From: Bacteroidaceae bacterium | Lineage (GTDB): Bacteria; Bacteroidota; Bacteroidia; Bacteroidales; Bacteroidaceae | Direction of reading: 5' to 3' | Assembly: GCA_017470525.1 (NCBI GenBank) | Contig: JAFUYM010000026.1 | Span: forward strand, 33,419-97,418 | Length of the DNA: 64,000 bases | Shown: positions 36,170 through 45,100 of the stretch, one piece after another | Position numbering within the stretch: position 1 is the first letter of the stretch | How the letters are laid out: the number at the start of each line of letters is the position of its first letter | Notes under the pieces: generated by a model | What the model was told of the DNA's origin: nothing | Seen by the model: the letters and a program-made list of their open reading frames with translations, nothing else | The model's database searches: none | Made by a program: the position numbers and the translations under genes

Positions 36170-39100
36170 TTATTTCACCATCAGTTTATGCTTGTTGACA
36201 ATATAGACACCTCCCATCGGAACTTGTGTCTCAATGGTTTCGCCTGGCTGGATCGTGAAGGAGGCTATGGTCAAACCACCCGTGTTGACAATGGTCACGT
36301 TGGTGGCTGTGCGGAGTGATGAGGTGACGCCGATGAGGTGCTTCTTGGTGTAGAAGGTCAGGCTGCCACTGGCTTCGCCTTGGGTCGGGTCATTGTCATC
36401 GAAGTCGAATGAGGTGTCGTCGCTCTTATCGAATATGATATGCTCTACCATTTGTCGAGGTTTTGCCGAGGCTGTACCCGCAATGAAGTATGGGCGGAAC
36501 GGAACGGCTGCTATAGCAGTTTCAGTCTTGTCGAAACTGCTGCCCTCTGTGTCGAGCAGATAGCCTTCCACCTCTTTGCTCAAATAGTTTGGCACGAAGG
36601 TGTAGCCATCCTTTGCCGCTTTTTTCATTTCGTCGTCGCTGACATGGATTGTCTCACCCTCTGCAGAAACGAAGGTGATGGTTTGTTTATCCAGTTTTTC
36701 AGGATTGCTCTCGGCTGTGGTCAAGGCTCTGAAGTTGCCGCTCAAGTCGAACTCATAGTAAGTCTGACCAGGGAATCCGATGAGGTAAGGTGTGTCGGCA
36801 GCCAGCAATGGGTAGCCATCATATTGGCGTGACGGCTGCTGATAGTAAGTTTGGTAGGTGTCACCGTTGAGGTCTTTCTGGGCGTTCTTGCTGTAGTAGT
36901 AGTCCCACAGGAAGGTGTTGGTCACCGTCTTGGGGGTGGTTTGTTGAGCGGGGTAATCGAACAGGGCAGTAAAGACATTGTTGTCGCTAATTTTCTTGCC
37001 CTTGTACTCCCGCAGCCAGTACTCGTGTCCCTTCAAACTGCCATCATAGAAGTGGGTCAACTCGCCCTTGTTTTGGGTGGTGACAAGTTCGGCGGTGAAT
37101 GGAATGCTGATTGCCTCCCAGCCCTTCGTCAGGTCAACGAAATTGTCTGGTGTGCGCTGATACCACATACGGTAGTCGCCCATGCGGTATTCGATAGGCG
37201 CATTGAAGTCTTCCTTATCAACGAGCATGTGGTCGTTGGGGGCAACATAGCCATCGTCTGCCAATTGCACTCTATGACCATGTATGTTGTCTTTATAGGT
37301 GTCCCATGGTGCCACTGTGCGATAGGTCGCACGGCGAGTCTCCACGTATGCCTCATCGTACAGATAAGTGCCTACCACATTGTCTGTCTGTGTGTCGGCT
37401 TTGGTATAGACGAGCAGGTTTTTGGTCAGGTCAATGTTCTTGATGCTACAGATACCATTATCATCAAGCAGAGGTTGATAGAAAAGTTGCCCATTGAATC
37501 CTTGTCGATAGGTCGCATCGCCATATCCGGTGAAGTCAATCGCTGTCATGTTGGGGTAGGCTGTATGTGCTTTGTCTTTCGATTGAGCAGCCAAGAGCAC
37601 ATCTGGATTGAAGTGTACTGCCCCCATCTGCTTGCTTTGGAAATAAGCAGGTGCGCGATAGACACGGTTGTTACTTGTGATGTGTGTCGGCAACTCATCG
37701 TGTGACGACGATTCATCGTCTGGCTTCGTTGAATCTTGTGACGGCGTTGAGTAGTAGCCGTATGTAAGCCTCTGTCCGAAGAAGAGATAGTCATCAGGCC
37801 AAATCGGGGCATAGACAGGGGTGACAGCCGCACCTTCCGTTTGAGTTCTCATGCGGATGTCGCTGCTTTCAGGAAGTTTTCCGTTAGCATAGATGAAGTC
37901 CACGTTGGCATAGCGTCTCTCCACATAACCCAAGTCGCCGTATTGAGCATTGTCGCTGGTCAGAACAGGATAATAAATCGGACTCATTTCCTCCGACAAG
38001 GTGCCATCAGCGTTGGTGGTGAGGTAGTTGTATTCTGTATCTCCTGTCTGTTGGATGCCATCGTAGTAGCGGCGTTTCAGATAGAAGCCATTGAGGTTGT
38101 ATGCCACTTCGCCATTGTAGAAGGCTTGTGGTGTCTTTGGGATAGGTATGCCATAGTTGCTGCTGTGGTTGGTGTACTTGTTGGCAGCATCCTTTTCTTC
38201 AGCATAATAGCAGTTCACGATACGGTAAGGACGTGTATCGTTGAGGTTTGTAGGTTCGCCAAAGACGGGCTTGGTCGTCTTGGGTTCTGTGCTGGTGGTG
38301 CTTATCCAACAGTTTTCCACATAACCGCTACCTTTCTCTGCAATACCGGCTCCTGTGAATGTACCAGTGACTCCAAGGTTATAGACATCACTGCAGAGAG
38401 AGCCAAACAACGAGTGGTCAAGACCACTAATGGTATATCCGTCGCCATGGAAGGTACCAGCAAAGCATTGGGAATCATTGCCAATGGATGTCCATGAGCC
38501 AGGATGGTCAATGTCGGTGCGGAGGAAGAAATCAAGGTTCTCACCACCTTTCACATTTTCATTCAGCAAGGCGTGACCTTCGGTGGCTCCGCTGTTTGCC
38601 ACAGAAGTTTGGCAACTGAGGTCGAAGAAGTTCTTTAGTATGTCGAGACCATTCTTGTCGTCGTCACTATAATCGTTGATGTAGATTTTGCAGTGGCGCG
38701 TCAATTTGGCAGGGTCATAATCTACATACATGTGGTGCTCTGTGTCTGCCATCACGTTTGCCATGTCGTGGTAGTTTGCCACGCTGAGCGGCACGGAGTT
38801 GGAGTAGGTCTTGCCCAGATAAGTCTTGGCATAATAAGCCACGTAACTCCGTTGGTTCTGGTACCAATAGACTTGAGTCTGGTTGGGTGTGAAAGGTTTT
38901 CCGTTGCGGTGGTTTTCGGCATCGGTCTTATTGTCATAGATTTCCCATCCACCACCGATGATTTCGAAGGCACCTGGAATGATGGGTCGGGGTTCCTTTG
39001 TTCCCACGGTGTTTCCTGGCAGTACGGTAGATGGAGGTGTCAGTGTGCCGACAGATGGCACACCGCTCTCGAACTGTACGTGTATGTTGATGACGTGCAG

Positions 39101-42100
39101 TTCGTTGACCAATTCCACGTTCTCGCCAGAGTCATCACCTTCGTTGTAGGTATATTGATAGATGACACTATAAATGCGTTCCTTCGACAGGTCGTTGATG
39201 TCGCTTTCTCGTGCCACATAGAGTGTGGTAGTCTCAGTAGGCTCCATTCCCTTGATGAGGAAGTTCTTCTGCAAGTTCGGCAAGTTCTTATACTCTTCCT
39301 TGGTGATGAACGTGCCTTTAGGTATGGTGTTGCCTACATAGTATTTCTTGCTACCATCGAAGACATCTGTATAGACGACTTCATTTGTTCCATTTCGCTT
39401 CTGTTCATCCGTGTAACCACCTTTTTCGCCGACTACAAAGTCTTCTCGACAATAGAAGTAGTACACATATTCGTCGTCGTTTTGTGTGGTATTAAGGAAC
39501 TTCTGCACTTCTATGTATTCCTCTCTTTCTGTTCCAGTCAATGCTCGATAGACACTTGCACTGACAAGTTGTCCTACCTCGTATGGAATGTCGGCACGAA
39601 CAAACCGTTTCTTCACGATGTAGTAGTCTTCACCTTCATCGTTTATCAATTCAGCAGGAGTCTTCGTCACCTTGATGGGTGTGAAGTGATATTGCTCATT
39701 GGCAATATACTTTTCATAGTCCACATTTGTCAGTTCGGGGTTCGTCTCATTGACAACTGTAGGTGTCGTTTCTCCCTCTTTTGTAAAGGAGATGCTTGTC
39801 AAGTCATCGCTTGCCTGGAACATGGCAGTGTATTCCACTGGGTAGGTCTTGCAATAAGGTTCGCCATATCTGTACAACTCGCCATTATCGTTCAGACCGC
39901 CATTTTCTCCTGTTGTGCGTCCCCTGAAATCTGGGTCGATGAGCAGGTCAAACGCATCGCCATTGAATAGGAAGTGCTTTCGGTCTTCTGATGAGAGTGA
40001 GCACCATGAATCAATCGGGCTATAGTTCGTATTGCTGCTGAAGATTTTGCCGCCATAAAGACCTGCAGCATCGCAGTAGTAGGCAGGAGTCAGATAGCCT
40101 TGAATGAGTTCCTCGCCTTCTGCCTTCAGCCGTGCCTTTTCAGCATTTCTCTCTTCTTCTGTTGCTGTTTCAAATTTCTTTTCGTCGAAGTGTCCGTCCA
40201 CGTAGGTGAGTGCCAAATTCTCTATATCGGGGCTTGTCACTACATCGCCGACGAAGAGGTATGCATTTTCCGCAAGTTGTACGGTGTTGGTGCATACTTG
40301 AGCCTGTTCCAGTTTATTTTTGGTGCTCTCGTCAAGACGATTGTAGATGGTTTCAGAAATCGCTGTGCCTGAAGGGAATGTGCCCTCATGCGTTTCTCCA
40401 TGTTCATCAGTGTAAGAATATTCCACCTCATCCGTTTTGGCAGCATACGCCTTCACCACCTTTGCCTGTCCCTCTTGATTTTCCAGTGATTCTGGGTAAT
40501 TTTCGACAACGACTTCTGGAATGACCTCGCCTTGTTCATAGTAGCGTTGACCGTATGGCGTACTCTCTGTGGCTGTTGTACGGAAAGTGGGACCCTGTAT
40601 GTATTTGATGCTGTCTGCATGCGTTGTCAATGCCGCATAATCAGGAGTGTTGATGCTGCTGGGAGCACCCTCAATGAGCGAGTACCACTTGTTCCAGTCT
40701 TGAGGACTGTCCATCTCGAAGGTGAGCACATAGCCATTGGAAGAACTCATGTTGTTCGACGAATGGTACACCTCGTCAGCCTCCACCCATTGCTGTTTCG
40801 TTACATCATAGAGTGGATGCTGGATGGTGACAGATTGGTCATCAATGGTGACAATTTTTGCAGATAACCCGTTCACGAAATTATTGTATGCCGATGGTGT
40901 CATCACTTTTCCTGCCTTGATGGTGTCGGTAGATGTTTCAGACAGGGTGTAATCGGTTACGCTGACCTTCGTTTCTGGCACAAACACCTTTTGGTCGTTC
41001 TCGTTGAGTTGGCTGTAGTCCCAGTAACTGATGACATCGTTCAGGAGAACAGTTCTTGTGTTGTTTTCGATTTTCGTGCTGTCAACAATTGCTTCGGTTT
41101 GCTGACCATTCTTCCAATAAGCATAAAGATTAGGCTGCACGTTCAACAATGTCAGTCGTCCGTGAGAACCAGGCGTGATGGTGAGTGGGATTTTTTCTTG
41201 CTTAGGATAAGCGTTGGCACTTCCTGTGTAGGCTGAGATAATCTGGTCGTAGATGTAGATATTACCTTTGACGAACCAGTAGTGCGCCTTTGAATAGTTC
41301 TCTTTTGTTGGGTCGTATTCTGCATTGTTGGGGTAGCAATCGTCAATGATACGTTTATGGCTGTCGTGGATAAAGTTACCCGAAGTTTGAATGATTTCCA
41401 GGTTCTGTTCGTCGTAGGTGTATCGTTTGTAGGTGACAACGTTCTGGTTGTAGGGAGAAAGCGTGACATTCTCTGCATCTTCGTGGAAGGTGGGCGTTCC
41501 ATGTTCGTTCTTGGCATAGATATAGCCACCGCCCACTTCGTCAGTTTTGGCATTGATGAGGTCGAGTTCCACTACACCTGTGATGTAACCATAGTCTTTT
41601 TCATCCTTCGTGCTATTTTCGGTGGTCAGTTCGAGGAACACACCAGATGCCAATGCCACTTCGTTATGACAAGTTCCCACATTGCGTTTGCGGTTGTTGT
41701 GGTTGGTTTGCTTCCATTGGTAGTAGGTAGTCGTTCCGTCTGTGTCGTTGGTGTCGGAGGTGCGAACGTGTTCCATCTTCACGTCGCTACTCAAATTACC
41801 TAAATAATTCACCAAACTATAAATACCGAAGTAGTTTCCGTGTGACTTGCTTGCATCATCGGTATCATTCGCAGTGGTTGCTTGTGAATGGAGTGACAGT
41901 TCGCCCACACGATTGAGGGTGTAGCGCGTATAGTCAGCCACATCCACCACGCGGTCACGTGCTCCCATCAGCACGATACGAGAACCATACACACCGCACA
42001 AATCGGCTCGCTGGATGGTGTTGAGCAATCGACCTGCATAAATGGAGCAGACACCATCGGTTGTCCAATACTCATCACTTTGATACTCATCTTCCAAATC

Positions 42101-45100
42101 TTCATATTCCTCTTGGTAAATGGGGTCACCCACATTGTATGCTTTATGAAAGATACCATAATTATCCGTATAAGAAGCAATATACTTCTTGCAAGTATAG
42201 CGCAGACGGAAGTAAGCCTTTTCGCGGTCAGTTAAACGATAGTACTGTTCCAGAGGAATGGTTTGAGTCAGTCCATAGTAGTCGGTGCCGTAGTTGGCGA
42301 TGTGCAATTCGCGATAGCCATCGACCAACGACAAGTTGCCACCTCCATAAAGACCACCCACACGTTCATAACCCACCGTGATGAGGTCGCGATGATAGAC
42401 ATCGCGCAGAGTCGCCGTCACATTGCCAAACACGGTGGTGGCATTCGCATAGATTTGATCGGAACCTGACGACACATTGCCGCCACCGAATACTGCATTG
42501 TGGATAATGATGCCTGTATCGTCGAGTTTCGCCCACTTGGCTCGGTCACTTTCCAGTAACAGATGGTTGTATGCGTTCGTATTTTCAGTAACTCCACTGC
42601 CGATGTTGCTGATGTCGTTCTTGCCTTTCAGGGTGTTCAAAGTATCGGTAGGGACATATTGACCAGGCAGATAGTCATGACCGCCAATCGTCACCACACC
42701 TGTCACAGCAGTCTCCTCATCGTTTGTCTTGTCATCGTCGTTGTTGCGAGGATTGGTGATATCCTTCCATGTCTTCTTCACTTGGGCGTATGGCTCAATC
42801 ACCACCTTGCAGTCCTCCGTCAGGTGTCCGTCTTTTTTGTAATAATAGTGACCAGGAGAGCCCGTTGTCTCCGTATAGTCTGCTTCGCCATTGCCATACA
42901 CATAACCAATGTCGCCGCCACCAAACACGTTGCCGTAACCTTCGTCAATTCCATCGATGGTACCGATTTCACCGCCATGGATATAGACCTCCGTTTGTCC
43001 AAACACGTAACCATCCGTATAAAGTTCGTGTCCCACTCCGTATCTCAACTTGTTGTAGCCTTTGCCACCGCCAAACACGTTGCGCAACACATGACCGTTG
43101 TACATCTCAATATGTGTTCCGCCATGTCTGTAGATTTGGTCTAACTCGCGTATGACACCTGTTTTCTGTTTGGTTGCACCACGTCCTACTGTGGCGATTT
43201 CGCCACCACCGAAAAGACCATTGCGAATCACGCCACCATACACCTTGACATTGGTGTAGTCGCATGTGCTCAAGTCGTCGTAACCACCGCCAAATGCGTT
43301 CCCGCAGTCTTCCAGTCGAGTGTTAGGAGTTCCCAGAGGGTGGGTTTGGTCATGCCATGTTTCGTCGTAGATTTTCTCCTTATAAGGTTTTTGGGTATCT
43401 TGGGGGTCGTAATAATAGCCGATGTAGCCATTATTGATGGTGAGATTGGCTGTGCCATAGATGGAGCCACCTTCGCCACCACTAAAGGCATTACGTTGGA
43501 TGGCGGGCACACCTCTATAGTAAGTCAAGCCTGTCTCGTCCAAATCTCCACGAATACCGATGATGACATTTGTCACCGCAAGCACGTCGTTATCCCAAGC
43601 GGCACTGAGTGCCCCTTCATGCTTACCTACGTGACCCTGATAGCCACCACCATAAACATTACGTACTGTACCACCTTCGATATAGACATTGGTGCTTGCT
43701 GTGAAGGTCGAGTCGGTTTTGCTTTCATACTTGTTGAGCACGGAACCACCATAGCCAGAGCCGTAGAGGTCTTTGGCAACAGTGCCGCCGTGCAATCCGA
43801 TGTAGGTTGTTCCGCTGACATTGGCAGTAGAACCAAACCCACCACCATAACAATAGCCACCGCTAAGGTCCCCCTTGTAATAGTAGCCACTCACACTGCC
43901 ACCCTGATTGATGTTGACGTTGGTGTTGGTGATGCTGCCCAATCGGTTGGGTTTGACAAGTTTACTTTCTATTTTCTGTAAGTCTGCTTCGGTATAGTTA
44001 TCGATGGCTGTATAGAGTGTTTTCTCTTGTTCTTGCTCTTGTGCTTTCCATTTTGCAACAGATGCCTTGTTGAGCACCATGCCCGCATTGCCACCTCCGT
44101 ATGCTTCATAGACCTTTGCACCGTCGTTGAGGTTCACCACGGTATATTCTGACCAGGTGTCCTGACCATAACCTGCTCCAAAGACCGTTCCATAATATTC
44201 CTGCTCTTTATCATAGAAAACAGGAGCATTGATGTTGACAAAACTGTAGAGGGTGCGGCGGTAGTTGTTGTTACCACCATAAATACCATCACGATAATTA
44301 CCCACAAGTGCTTGGTTGCTGCTGAAATTTACATGGGCTTCAATCACATCGCAGGGTACGCTGTTCTTTATGCCGTATGCACCGCCAAAGATGCGGTTCA
44401 TCTGGATGGTAGAACCACTGGGCACATTGACCACAGTGCGCCTCGTGATGCCTTCCTCATAACTGGCACCGTAGGCTGCATTAATCCGCCCATGAACAAG
44501 GTCGATGATGGCTGAGGCTCTGTCAGGATTTTCTTCCACAGAAAGACCATCAGGATTCTCGTCGTCTTTATCCTTTTTGACACCCATGCCCAATCCACTC
44601 CAAGCACCTGCACCAAACACTTCCATGTTCTGATAGTTGTTGGTCATGTCTTGCGGAATGTCGATGAGCACATAACTACGTTCTTGCATTACGTCGCGGT
44701 CTCCGTCGCCAGGATAGCCCTGTCCTGCACCGTACACTTTTTCCACATAGTTATACTCGTTGGTTTTCAGTTCGCTGGTGGAAGTGGGTCGGAAATTGAT
44801 GAACGCATTGCCCATGCGAGGTTTGGTAAAGCCTTCCTTGGCATTCCCATTCTCATCAGTATATTGACGGAATTTTTCATCTTTATAATTATAGGTGCCG
44901 AAGCAGCCACCGAAGATACCTAACGCACGTCCTTGTCTATATTCTATGTATGCCGAAGCAGTCAGCACGTCGGGGGCAGTATTCCCAGGGTCTGTTTCTG
45001 TACTTGCCTGATAGCCATACACCATGCCCAGTGTCTCCTCATCGCGAACTTGGTCTTTGAAACTCTTTTCGTTCAAAATTCTACCACCCAAGTCATTGCC

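Noticed and set aside
38693-39970. A 425-aa plus-strand ORF, together with other long plus-strand ORFs at 36851..37705, 40532..40867, 42563..43144, 43340..43981 and 28339..29196, inside the giant genes.
   Set aside because: All lie antisense to uninterrupted 2601- and 3965-aa ORFs that carry clear signal peptides and domain motifs. Their products are low-complexity (V/I/H/C-rich) with no recognisable motifs, which is typical of shadow ORFs on repetitive coding DNA.
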